From positions 132,411 to 196,410 of the forward strand of contig JAGBEJ010000012.1 in assembly GCA_017937025.1 (NCBI GenBank): 64,000 bases of DNA, written 5' to 3'. This DNA comes from Paludibacteraceae bacterium. GTDB taxonomy: Bacteria; Bacteroidota; Bacteroidia; Bacteroidales; Paludibacteraceae. The notes under the pieces were generated by a model. The model ran no database searches. It saw only the letters and a list, made by a program, of their open reading frames with translations, and had not been told where the DNA came from. Made by a program: the position numbers and the translations under genes. Of the stretch, positions 28,981-39,100 are shown in pieces. Numbering within the stretch: position 1 is the stretch's first letter; the number at the start of each line of letters is the position of its first letter.

Positions 28981-29037
28981 CCGACCGATTTCAGACAATA
29001 AGATATTACATAACAACAATTTAAATAAAACATTCTG

Positions 29038-30399
29038 ATGAATATCGTTAGAAAAGACTTAGATGCATTAAATGCCACTCTAACATTCAACATTGTAAAG
29101 AGCGACTACGAGGAAAAAGTAAACAAAGCCATCAAGGACTACAGCAAGAAAGTCAACATGCCTGGATTCAGACCTGGAAAGGTGCCTGCCGGCTTGATTA
29201 AGAAGCAGTTCGGAACACAGCTGTTGGTTGACGAAATCAACAAGATGGTTTCTGAGGAGCTCTACAAATACATCAAAGACAACAACATAAACATACTTGG
29301 CGACCCATTGGCAAGCGAGAACCAGAAGGACGTGAACTTCGCTATAGACGAGGAGTTCGAGTTCTCATTCGACCTCGGTCTTGCTCCTGAGGTTGACGCT
29401 AAGGTTGACGGAAAGACAAAAATCGCTTACTACAACATCAAGCTCGACGACAAGATGGTCGATGACCAGATCAAGTCTTACGCTTCAAGATTCGGCAAGT
29501 ACAGCCCAGCTGACGCAGTCGAAGAGAACGACGTAATCAAGGGTAACGTTGTAGAGCTCGAGTCTGCAAAGAAGGAGAAGGAAGGCGGCGTAGTTGTAGA
29601 AGGCGTCATCCTCAGCCCTAAGTACATGAAGGACGAGAAGAACAAGAAGGCATTCATCGGCGCTAAGGTTGGCGATGTTGTCAAGTTCAACCCAAAGAAG
29701 GCATACGACAACAACGACGTTGAAGTAGCATCATTGCTCAAGAAGACAAAGGACGAAGTAGCTGACATCAAGTCTGACTTCAACTTCACTGTAACAGAGA
29801 TAACTCGCTACACTGAGGCTGAAATCAATCAGGAGCTCTTCGACAAGGTTCTCGGCAAGGACGCAGTAAAGTCAGAGGCTGACTTCAAGGAGAAAATCAA
29901 GGAAGACATCAAGAAGACTCTTGTTGACGACGCAGACTACAAGTTCGCACAGGACGCAAGAAAGGCTCTGATAAAGAAGAACGAGAAAGTGGCGTTCCCA
30001 GAGGCATTCCTCAAGAGATGGGCGCTCACTACAAACAAGGACCTCACTCAGGAGAAGCTTGACGCTGACTTCCCAGCTATGCTTGACGAGCTGAAGTGGC
30101 ACCTCGTTCAGGAGAAGATCGCTAAGGAGAACGACATCAAGGTCGAGGACGGCGACATCGAGGAGTTCGCTAAGAAGGTGGCTAAGTCACAGTTCGCTCA
30201 GTACGGCATGACAAACGTTCCAGACGAGATACTCAGCGGATACGTTGCCGACATGAAGAAAGACCAGAAGGCAATCCAGAACATGGTGAACGGAGTTATC
30301 AACGAGAAGATAAACGGCATCATCAAGAACGCCGCTAAGCTCGACGAGAAGGAGATTTCTCTTGACGACTTCAACAAACTGCTTCAGGACGAGAAGTAA
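29038..30399 (+). CDS. tig: Trigger factor
   Basis: N-terminal ribosome-binding signature VNMPGFRPGKVPAGLIKKQFG. Length and charge pattern fit. Synteny with clpP-clpX. Confidence 0.9.
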   Translation: MNIVRKDLDALNATLTFNIVKSDYEEKVNKAIKDYSKKVNMPGFRPGKVPAGLIKKQFGTQLLVDEINKMVSEELYKYIKDNNINILGDPLASENQKDVNFAIDEEFEFSFDLGLAPEVDAKVDGKTKIAYYNIKLDDKMVDDQIKSYASRFGKYSPADAVEENDVIKGNVVELESAKKEKEGGVVVEGVILSPKYMKDEKNKKAFIGAKVGDVVKFNPKKAYDNNDVEVASLLKKTKDEVADIKSDFNFTVTEITRYTEAEINQELFDKVLGKDAVKSEADFKEKIKEDIKKTLVDDADYKFAQDARKALIKKNEKVAFPEAFLKRWALTTNKDLTQEKLDADFPAMLDELKWHLVQEKIAKENDIKVEDGDIEEFAKKVAKSQFAQYGMTNVPDEILSGYVADMKKDQKAIQNMVNGVINEKINGIIKNAAKLDEKEISLDDFNKLLQDEK

Positions 30400-30430
30400 A
30401 AATCGCTTTTTTCATACATACATTCAACGA

Positions 30431-30463
30431 AAAGCCTCGGAATCTCTGATTCTGAGGCTTTTT
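30431..30463 (+). terminator. Rho-independent terminator of tig
   Basis: AAAGCCTCGGAAT / ATTCTGAGGCTTT stem (one G.U pair) followed by a T-run. Confidence 0.75.
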
Positions 30464-30654
30464 ACTTGTCTGCAATTCTGTTTTATGATTATTTTTTCTT
30501 TTCGCTCCACCTTCTATTGCATATAACAAATTAAATTTACTAATTTTGTTTTAGGCAATAATCGGATTATCCACATTTTTCGCTATTGCTAATACACAGA
30601 ATACCTTGTGTATCAAGATAGTGCAATCAATAAATCATTATAGAAAAAACAATT

Positions 30655-31329
30655 ATGAGAAACGATTTCAGAGATTTCGCGACGAAACACCTTGGTCTTA
30701 ACGGACTTGCGTTAGACCAATACACATCCAAGATAACAAACAGCTATATCTCTCCATCCATACTTGAGGAAAGACAGCTGAACGTCACTCAGATGGACGT
30801 GTTCTCACGTCTGATGATGGACAGAATCATCTTCCTCGGCACAGAAGTCGATGACTACAGCGCCAACGTGATACAAGCGCAGCTTCTGTATCTCGACTCT
30901 GCCGACCCAGGCAAGGACATCTCCATCTACATCAACTCGCCTGGCGGTTCTGTTTACGCAGGACTCGGCATCTACGACACTATGCAGTACATCTCAAGCG
31001 ATGTGGCTACAATATGCACAGGCATGGCGGCTTCTATGGCAGCTGTGCTTCTGGTGGCTGGCGAGAAAGGCAAGAGAGCTGCGCTCAAGCACTCGCGCGT
31101 GATGATTCACCAGCCTATGGGCGGCGCTCAGGGACAGGCTTCGGACATCGAAATCACAGCAAGAGAGATACAGAAACTGAAGACCGAGCTCTACACTATA
31201 ATATCCGACCACTCTGGCAAGCCATTCGAGCAGGTGGAGAAGGACTCCGACCGCGACCACTGGATGACATCGGCCGAGGCAAAAGAGTACGGTATGATTG
31301 ACAACATCTTGTTCAGAGAAAAGAAGTAA
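30655..31329 (+). CDS. clpP: ATP-dependent Clp protease proteolytic subunit
   Basis: Motifs DRIIFLGTEVDD..AN.IQAQLLYL, INSPGGSV and catalytic MAASMAA...HQP. Confidence 0.95.
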   Translation: MRNDFRDFATKHLGLNGLALDQYTSKITNSYISPSILEERQLNVTQMDVFSRLMMDRIIFLGTEVDDYSANVIQAQLLYLDSADPGKDISIYINSPGGSVYAGLGIYDTMQYISSDVATICTGMAASMAAVLLVAGEKGKRAALKHSRVMIHQPMGGAQGQASDIEITAREIQKLKTELYTIISDHSGKPFEQVEKDSDRDHWMTSAEAKEYGMIDNILFREKK

Positions 31330-31355
31330 GACGAAAGGCAATATAACAAAGACTT

Positions 31356-32594
31356 ATGGCTAAACGTCAAAACGACAGGTTCTGCGCTTTTTGCGGCAGA
31401 CAGGAAGGACAAGTGAGAACACTGCTGAGCAGTCCGATAGCTAACGTGTTCATCTGCGACGAATGCGCAGAAAGCGCGCACAACATACTGGAGGAGACTG
31501 CAGTAGCAGAGAAGGAGGAGAACTTCGACATAAAGAAAGAAGAACTGCCTAAGCCAAAGGAGATAAAGGAATTCCTGGACGAATACGTTATCGGACAGGA
31601 CGACGCGAAGAAATATCTCTCGGTGGCGGTCTATAACCATTACAAGAGACTGCTGCAGGACAAGGACGATGTCGAGATAGAAAAGTCGAACATCCTGCTT
31701 GTCGGCTCCACAGGCACAGGAAAGACACTGCTGGCAAGAACCATCGCCAAGAAACTGAACGTGCCTTTCACTATTGTTGACGCAACCGTGCTGACTGAAG
31801 CCGGATACGTGGGCGAGGACATCGAGAGCATACTGACAAGACTGCTGCAGGTGGCTGACTACGACGTGAAAGCGGCGGAGAAAGGCATCGTCTTCATCGA
31901 CGAGATAGACAAAATCGCGCGCAAGGGCGACAACCCATCCATAACACGCGACGTGTCCGGCGAAGGCGTGCAGCAAGGACTGCTCAAACTGCTGGAAGGC
32001 TCGATTGTGAACGTGCCGCCAAACGGAGGCAGAAAGCACCCCGAGCAGAAGATGATAGCCGTGAACACACAGAACATACTGTTCATCTGCGGAGGAGCAT
32101 TCGACGGCATAGAGAGGAAAATCGCATCAAGACTGAACACACACGTCGTAGGCTACGGAACATACGACATGAAGGACAATATCAAGAGCGACAACCTGCT
32201 GCAATACATAACCCCTCAGGACCTCAAGTCATTCGGACTCATACCCGAGATAATAGGACGTCTGCCTATCATCACATACCTGAATCCGCTTGACAGAGAC
32301 GCACTGAGAAGGATATTGACAGAACCGAAAAACTCGATAGTGAACCAGTACATAAAACTGTTCGCTATGGACGGAGTGAAACTCAAATTCGAGGAAGAGG
32401 CGCTTGACTACGTTGTGGACATGGCCATAAAGTTCAAACTCGGAGCCAGAGGCCTAAGGTCGATAGTGGAATCCATAATCATGGACGACATGTACGAGAC
32501 ACCGTCGAAGAAAATAAGCACACTGACAATAACAAAAGAGAAAGCGGAGGAGAAGATGAGCGGCGACAACGCAGTCAGACTGCAGAACATCTAA
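31356..32594 (+). CDS. clpX: ATP-dependent Clp protease ATP-binding subunit ClpX
   Basis: N-terminal zinc ribbon CAFCGR...ICDECAESA, Walker [12 protein letters not shown], Walker [11 protein letters not shown], and GARGLRS. Confidence 0.95.
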   Translation: MAKRQNDRFCAFCGRQEGQVRTLLSSPIANVFICDECAESAHNILEETAVAEKEENFDIKKEELPKPKEIKEFLDEYVIGQDDAKKYLSVAVYNHYKRLLQDKDDVEIEKSNILLVGSTGTGKTLLARTIAKKLNVPFTIVDATVLTEAGYVGEDIESILTRLLQVADYDVKAAEKGIVFIDEIDKIARKGDNPSITRDVSGEGVQQGLLKLLEGSIVNVPPNGGRKHPEQKMIAVNTQNILFICGGAFDGIERKIASRLNTHVVGYGTYDMKDNIKSDNLLQYITPQDLKSFGLIPEIIGRLPIITYLNPLDRDALRRILTEPKNSIVNQYIKLFAMDGVKLKFEEEALDYVVDMAIKFKLGARGLRSIVESIIMDDMYETPSKKISTLTITKEKAEEKMSGDNAVRLQNI

Positions 32595-32712
32595 CCGCCA
32601 TGCGCCGTGAACGCTACACACAAACATATCAGAACATAATGCTCAATAATTAAAAAAGAATGCCAAATAAATAAAAAAACGCCTTTACTTATGAATATAA
32701 GAGAAAGGTGTA

Positions 32713-32720
32713 TAAATTTG
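32713..32720 (+). promoter_or_regulatory. -7 promoter box TAAATTTG ahead of recQ
   Basis: TAnnTTTG match 23 nt upstream of ATG 32744. Confidence 0.45.
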
Positions 32721-32743
32721 TTATACAATTCTTCTGATTATCT

Positions 32744-34933
32744 ATGGCAAAAAAAGTGGAACTAACAGCCGCCCTTAAAAAAAACTTCGGTTTCGACACA
32801 TTTAAGGGCAATCAGGAAAAGGTCATCCAGAACCTGATGGATGGCAAGGACACTTTTGTCCTAATGCCAACAGGAGGCGGCAAATCGTTATGCTACCAAC
32901 TGCCATCACTGCTCATGGAAGGCACTGCCATTGTCATATCTCCACTTATAGCCCTGATGAAGAACCAAGTCGATGCGATGCGCAATTTCTCCGAGGAGGA
33001 CGGCGTAGCGCACTTCATAAACTCTTCATTGTCAAAAGCCGCGATAGAGCAAGTCAAAGAGGACATCCTGTCCAAAAAGACAAAGCTCCTGTACGTGGCG
33101 CCAGAGTCGCTGACCAAGGCTGAGAACATCGAATTCCTGAAGCAAATCAAGATTTCGTTCTACGCCATTGACGAGGCACACTGCATCTCGGAATGGGGAC
33201 ACGATTTCCGTCCTGAGTATAGAAAAATCAGAGCGAATATAAACGAAATAGGAGCGGCGCCAATAATCGCGCTGACAGCGACCGCCACCCCTAAAGTACA
33301 ACACGAAATTCTCAAGAATCTTGAGATACCACAAGCTACTATCTTCAAATCCTCGTTCAACCGCCCTAACCTGTACTACGAAGTAAGGCCAAAGGACAAT
33401 AACGTTGACAAAGAAATAATAAAATTCATCAAGGCTAACGAAGGCAAATCTGGCATAATTTACTGTCTAAGCCGACAGAAAGTGGAAGGACTGGCCGAGA
33501 CACTGAACATAAACGGAATATCGGCTCTCCCATATCACGCAGGAATGGATTCGCAGACCAGATCTACAAGCCAGGACAAGTTCCTGATGGAGGAAGTGAA
33601 CGTAATCGTGGCGACGATAGCTTTCGGAATGGGCATAGACAAACCCGACGTAAGATTCGTCATACACTACGACATACCAAAGAGCCTCGAAGGCTATTAC
33701 CAGGAGACCGGAAGAGCAGGAAGAGACGGAGGCGAAGGACAGTGCATAGCTTTTTACTCTAAGAAAGACCTTGAGAAGTTAGAGAAATTTATGCAGAACA
33801 AACCTGTAGCAGAGCAGGAAATAGGTAAACAATTGCTACAAGAGACAGCTTCGTACGCGGAATCAACTCTCTGCCGCAGAAAATTATTGTTGCATTACTT
33901 TGGAGAGGAATACAATGATGACAACTGTGGAAACTGCGACAACTGCCGAAACCCAAAGAAAACTGTGGAAGCTAAAGAAGAACTAACAACCATCCTTGAA
34001 CTCGTGGAACAACTGAAAGAGAAGTTCAAGGCAGAACATATCATAAACATACTGCTTGGCAAAAAGACCAAGGACATAGAAGCGCATGAACACGATGAAT
34101 TAGACAGTTTTGGAGCATTCCCTGACCAAGACGAACGCACTCTGGACACTATCATACACCAGGCCATGATTGCGGGATTCATCGCAAAAGACATAGAGAA
34201 CTACGGACTTCTGAAGATAACAAAGGCCGGCAAGGACTTCCTGAAGAAGCCGACATCATTCAAAATATCGAAGAACATAGACATGGACGAAGAGGACGAG
34301 GAAGCCGACATGCCAACAATAAAAGCTGGCGGCGGCGCTGCGGACGAGGTTCTATTCTCCATGCTCAAGGACTTGAGGAAGAAGGTCTCTAAGGACCTGA
34401 AAGTGCCTCCATACGTTATTTTCCAAGACCCATCGCTCGAGGCTATGGCAACATCCTACCCTATCAATCTGGAGGAGTTGCAGAACATACCTGGCGTAGG
34501 CGCTGGAAAAGCGAAGAGATACGGCGAGAAGTTCGTCGAACTCATAAAGAGACACGTCGAGGAAAACGACATAACAAGACCAGAGGACATAAGAGTCAAG
34601 TCGGTGGCTAACAAGTCAAAGCAGAAGATAGCCATAATACAAGCGATAGACAGAAAAATTCCTCTGGACGACATCGCAGCAAACCACGACCTGGAAATCG
34701 ACGAACTGCTCGATGAACTCGAGACCATCGTTGACTCTGGAACGAAAATAAACATAGACTACTTCATCTACGACGTGATGGACGAGGACCGCGTGGACGA
34801 AATCTACGAATACTTCAAAGAGGCTGAAAGCGACAGCATAGAGGACGCCATAACGGAGCTCGGACCAGAGGACTTCACCGAGGAGGAAATAAGATTCGTG
34901 AGAATCAAGTTCCTGAGCGAGATGGCAAACTAA
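32744..34933 (+). CDS. recQ: ATP-dependent DNA helicase RecQ
   Basis: Motifs FGFDTFKGNQEKVI, MPTGGGKSLCYQLP and DEAHCISEWGHDFRPEY. Zn-binding CRRK...CGNCDNC. C-terminal HRDC-like region. Confidence 0.95.
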   Translation: MAKKVELTAALKKNFGFDTFKGNQEKVIQNLMDGKDTFVLMPTGGGKSLCYQLPSLLMEGTAIVISPLIALMKNQVDAMRNFSEEDGVAHFINSSLSKAAIEQVKEDILSKKTKLLYVAPESLTKAENIEFLKQIKISFYAIDEAHCISEWGHDFRPEYRKIRANINEIGAAPIIALTATATPKVQHEILKNLEIPQATIFKSSFNRPNLYYEVRPKDNNVDKEIIKFIKANEGKSGIIYCLSRQKVEGLAETLNINGISALPYHAGMDSQTRSTSQDKFLMEEVNVIVATIAFGMGIDKPDVRFVIHYDIPKSLEGYYQETGRAGRDGGEGQCIAFYSKKDLEKLEKFMQNKPVAEQEIGKQLLQETASYAESTLCRRKLLLHYFGEEYNDDNCGNCDNCRNPKKTVEAKEELTTILELVEQLKEKFKAEHIINILLGKKTKDIEAHEHDELDSFGAFPDQDERTLDTIIHQAMIAGFIAKDIENYGLLKITKAGKDFLKKPTSFKISKNIDMDEEDEEADMPTIKAGGGAADEVLFSMLKDLRKKVSKDLKVPPYVIFQDPSLEAMATSYPINLEELQNIPGVGAGKAKRYGEKFVELIKRHVEENDITRPEDIRVKSVANKSKQKIAIIQAIDRKIPLDDIAANHDLEIDELLDELETIVDSGTKINIDYFIYDVMDEDRVDEIYEYFKEAESDSIEDAITELGPEDFTEEEIRFVRIKFLSEMAN

Positions 34934-34955
34934 GCGATATAAGCGCAAACACGAT

Positions 34956-34990
34956 AAAAGGCGACCCCACACCAAAGGCCGCCTTTATTA
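34956..34990 (+). terminator. Terminator of recQ
   Basis: AAAGGCGACC / GGCCGCCTTT stem (one mismatch) followed by TTTATTATT. Confidence 0.55.
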
Positions 34991-35018
34991 TTCCCTGCAT
35001 ACAACGAGAAAAACAGGC

Positions 35019-35058
35019 GAAAAAAGAGAGGCTGCCATGCTAATGCACGACAGCCTCT
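35019..35058 (-). terminator. Rho-independent terminator of the giant-adhesin operon (minus strand)
   Basis: GAGAGGCTG / CAGCCTCTC 9-bp stem. The A-run 35019-24 on the plus strand gives a U-run after the hairpin on the minus strand. It lies about 70 nt after the porP/sprF stop. Confidence 0.7.
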
Positions 35059-35125
35059 CGAACCAAACAAAAAATTATCACACTCTGAAAAGTGCCTGAA
35101 TTGAGTTGTTACGCCTCACACCGCA

Positions 35126-36115
35126 TTAACGGCAGAAGCGACGAGTATGACACAATGTGTAGCCGAGCATAAGCTCCAGTGTACCATAATTGTGTCTGAA
35201 CAGCCTGTTGAGCTGGATGCCGTAAGCAAGTCCGAAGTGGAACTTCTTGTACTGCATGCCTGCCACAGGAATGAGGTCAAGGGTGTCATAGTCTCCGTCA
35301 TCAATGTTCTGTCTGAACACAAGCTGTGCCCAGTAAGCCCAGTCGGAATTACGCATCGACGAACGTGAATACTTTAAGTTGATATCCAGCGTCATGTGTC
35401 CATTGACATCGAACATATACATGAGCGAAGGCTCAATACCCTCGAAATCATTCAGCATAAACTCGTTACCCAACAGGAAGTATCCTGTCATAGGGATAAG
35501 AGGCTCCATTTTTCCTTCATAGTGAGGCATCTTGGTTCCCAGAAGGTTCGTCATCGACAAACCGGTAAAGAAGCCGTAGGAAGTAAAATATGCGCCCACA
35601 TTAACGTTGAAAGCGAGCAAATCGTCGAGATCCTCCATTGCCTTGTCGCCTTCTGCCAATTTCTGCAGCTCATCCTTGTCGGAAATGCCGTAGTTGTAAA
35701 GCTTGGCAGACAATGCGAAACTCAACTGACGGTCGCGGCTCACGGCTTTCTTGTATTTCGCTCCGTCGGAGAGCGGAATGTGGTAAGCCACGGTTATCTC
35801 GCCGGCTTGCTGTCTGGAGTAGCCATTAGCGTCATTGTAAATATACGCTCCCAAACCCACGTTACGTGGCAGACGTCCCTGATAGCTCAAAGATGTCGTG
35901 TATGGCGCGTCGTCAATGCCAAGCCATTGCTGCTTGTGAGTAAGCATGAAATAGTGGCAGTCGTTAGCGCCAGCCAAAGCCGGGTTAACCAAGTAGTAGT
36001 TGAAATAATACTGGTTATAAATAGGGAACTCCTGTGCGCTCACGGTGCAAGCCGTAATTGACAACAAAGTGCCAATTACAAACTTGCTGATCTTTTTTGT
36101 GAATCTTATCCTCAT
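35126..36115 (-). CDS. PorP/SprF-family type IX secretion system membrane protein
   Basis: Signal peptide plus the signature FPIYNQYYFNYYLVNPALAGA that defines PorP/SprF. Beta-barrel-like alternation. Starts 40 nt downstream of a type-B CTD cargo gene. Confidence 0.85.
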   Translation of the reverse strand: MRIRFTKKISKFVIGTLLSITACTVSAQEFPIYNQYYFNYYLVNPALAGANDCHYFMLTHKQQWLGIDDAPYTTSLSYQGRLPRNVGLGAYIYNDANGYSRQQAGEITVAYHIPLSDGAKYKKAVSRDRQLSFALSAKLYNYGISDKDELQKLAEGDKAMEDLDDLLAFNVNVGAYFTSYGFFTGLSMTNLLGTKMPHYEGKMEPLIPMTGYFLLGNEFMLNDFEGIEPSLMYMFDVNGHMTLDINLKYSRSSMRNSDWAYWAQLVFRQNIDDGDYDTLDLIPVAGMQYKKFHFGLAYGIQLNRLFRHNYGTLELMLGYTLCHTRRFCR

Positions 36116-36155
36116 AGCTCGTGTTTTTCAAGTTTTACATTCAACTGGTTATCTC

Positions 36156-39100
36156 CTATCTGCGTAACAGGAAGTGACCCACCATTCTCTTACCTGTCTC
36201 TCTCAATTCTATAATGTACCAGTAGTCTGTTGAAGGCATATCCTCGCCGTTGTACTTGCCGTCCCATCCGTCGAAGTCCTTAGCCTTGAACTCAGCCAAT
36301 TCCTTACCGTAACGGTCATGCAAGAATATCTTGGTTTCAGGATAACGCTCCAGACCCTTGATTGTCCACTTGTCGTTGACGCCGTCACCGTTTGGAGTGA
36401 AGAACTTGTCTGGCACAAGTGGAATAGGCTCAATTCTCAGTACTGTATCCCTCTTACATCCGATTTCGTCAGATACTGTGAGTGGGTGATTTCCTATTGA
36501 CAAGATACCCAAATTTACCTCACCATCAAACTGTTCGCGGATATTTTTATCCAACAAATATGTGAATGGCGCTACTCCGTTGACTCTCAATGTCGTAGAT
36601 TCATCGCTTTCGTCGATTACCTCTGCGAACGATGGAGTTTCGTGTACTGAAGAGCTTACCTCGACTATCTCAGAGAGACATCCGTCCTTCTCAATAGCCA
36701 CGTATGCTGTTCTCTCGCCTGGCTTAGAGAACGATATTGTGATAGGCTCTGCAATCTGAGCTGTACCATTGATATCGCTGAACCAAGTCTTGACGCCTCC
36801 GTCCACTCTTGATGTCACGAGGTCTCTCCAAGCCTTAGAGCCTACGCCCTCGCAGACAACATTGTTAGTCACCATCGGAGCTTCTGGCAGAGGCTTGATG
36901 TGAACCTCAACCATCGACTTGTCGCTCTCGCAGCCATTCACTGTCTGAGTCACGCTATAAGCCTTGTTCATAGCCACACTCATGTCGAAGTCGGCTGGAG
37001 TCACTACCGCGCTGCCGTTGTACCACTTCAGCTCTGCGTTAGCCTCTACATTGCTTACGAGGCTAGCCCACTCTCTTGCTTCTGGTGTCACAGCCGCACA
37101 TTCGCGGATGTTCTCCACAGTTGGAGCCACTGGCTTATGCTTGATAGTGACTGAAGAGCTTGCGATTTCGCTTGGACAACCATTAGCTGTAGCTATCGCG
37201 TACAACGTTGTTGTCTGGTCAACTGCCTGATTTGGTGCCGAAGCGTTCCACTTAGCCGTTGTCACAGACGCTGGGCTTGTGCCAGCCGCATCAGTGTAGT
37301 AAGCGAATGTCGAACCGCTGACATTTGAGCTGAACGTTGCCGCAAGGTCTACTGTCAAGTTGTTGCAGACATCTGCCGCTGGATTAACTGTAATCACTGG
37401 CTTAGGATTTACAGTCACTGTCACGGTGAAGTTGTCGCCCTCGCAGCTGCCTGACTTAGGTGTCACGGTGTAAACAACCTTCTGTGCAGTGTTAGTGCTG
37501 TTAGTCAATGTCTGTGACATCGATGTCGCATCTATCACCTCGGTCTGACCTTCCACATTTGCATTTACAGGCTTCGTCCATGAGTATGTTGTTCCCGCTG
37601 GAACCACATCGCTCGCAACTGGAGCGTATGTGAACGCTGTCTCGCTACATATTGTGTAAGTCTTGTTAGCAATCTTAGCCTTAGGGTTGACTGTCACAGT
37701 CACGGTGAAGTCGTCGCCTACGCAGTCGCCTGACTTAGGTGTCACGGTGTAAACCACATTCTGAGCAGTTGCTGTCGCATTTGTCAGAGTCTGAGTCATT
37801 GACGCAACGCCTGTTGCCTGAGCTGACTGACCGCTTACGTTTGCATTTGCTGCCACAGTCCAAATGTACGTTGTTCCGGTTGGAACTCTGTCGCCTGTCA
37901 CATCCAATGTGAATGACTCGCCTGTGCATCTTGTGTAAGCCTTGTTAGCAATCTTAGCCTTAGGGTTAACTGTCACAGTCACTGTGAAGTTGTCGCCCAC
38001 AGATCCGTCAGCCACTGGAGTTACTGTGTAAGTCACAGTCTGAGCTGTCGCAGAGTTGTTGATCAATGTCTGAGACATTGTCGTTGACGCTGATGTCTGA
38101 GGCAGATCACCATCTACATCTGTGTTGTCGCCTACAGTCCATGTGTATGTTGTTCCCGCTGGAACCACATCGCTTGCAACTGGAGCGTATGTGAACTTGT
38201 CATCGCTACAGATTGTGTAAGTCTTGTTTGCAATCGCTGGCTTAGGTTTCACTGTTACTGTCACAGTGAAGTTGTCGCCTACGCAGTCGCCTGACTTAGG
38301 TGTTACGGTGTAAACCACAGTCTGAGCTGTCGCTGTCGCATTTGTCAATGTCTGACTCATTGATGCAACACCAGTTCCCTGAGCAGACTGACCGCTCACA
38401 TTTGCATTAGGCGCTACTGTCCATGTGTACTCTGTATTCGCAGGTACTACATCTGGATTTTCAGTCACCAATGTAAATGCCTCGCCTGTGCGTATTGTGT
38501 AAGACTTGTTATTAATCTTAGCCTTAGGGTTAACTGTCACTGTCACGGTGAATGCCGCACCTGGGCAAGTTCCTGCAGGTGTCACAGTATAAACTACATC
38601 TATAGGAGCATTAGTCTTGTTAGTCAATGTCTGAGACATAGTTTCTGTTGCTGTGTTCTGAGCAGACTCACCTTCTATATTTGCATCGTCAACCACAGTC
38701 CAAGTGTACTTGATTCCTGTAGGTACCACATCACCTGCTTCTGTTGCGTATGTGAACTGATCACCGCTGCAGATTGTGTAAGTCTTGTTTCCTATCGCAG
38801 GCATTGGATTAACAGTCACAGTCACTGTGAATGGCGCACCTGTGCAGTCGCCTGCAGGAGTTACGGTGTAAACCACTTCCTGAGGAACATCTGTACCGTT
38901 AACCAGAGTCTGAGACATAGCGTCTGCCGCTGTTGTCTGCTCTGACCAACCGGTCACATTTGCATTTGCTGCCACAGTCCAAGTGTACTTAGTATTCGTT
39001 GGTACTACATCCGCAGCTACTGTCGCCAATGTGAATGGGTTGCCTGTACATATCGTGTAATCCTTGTTTGCAATCGCTGGCTTAGGATTTACAGTCACTT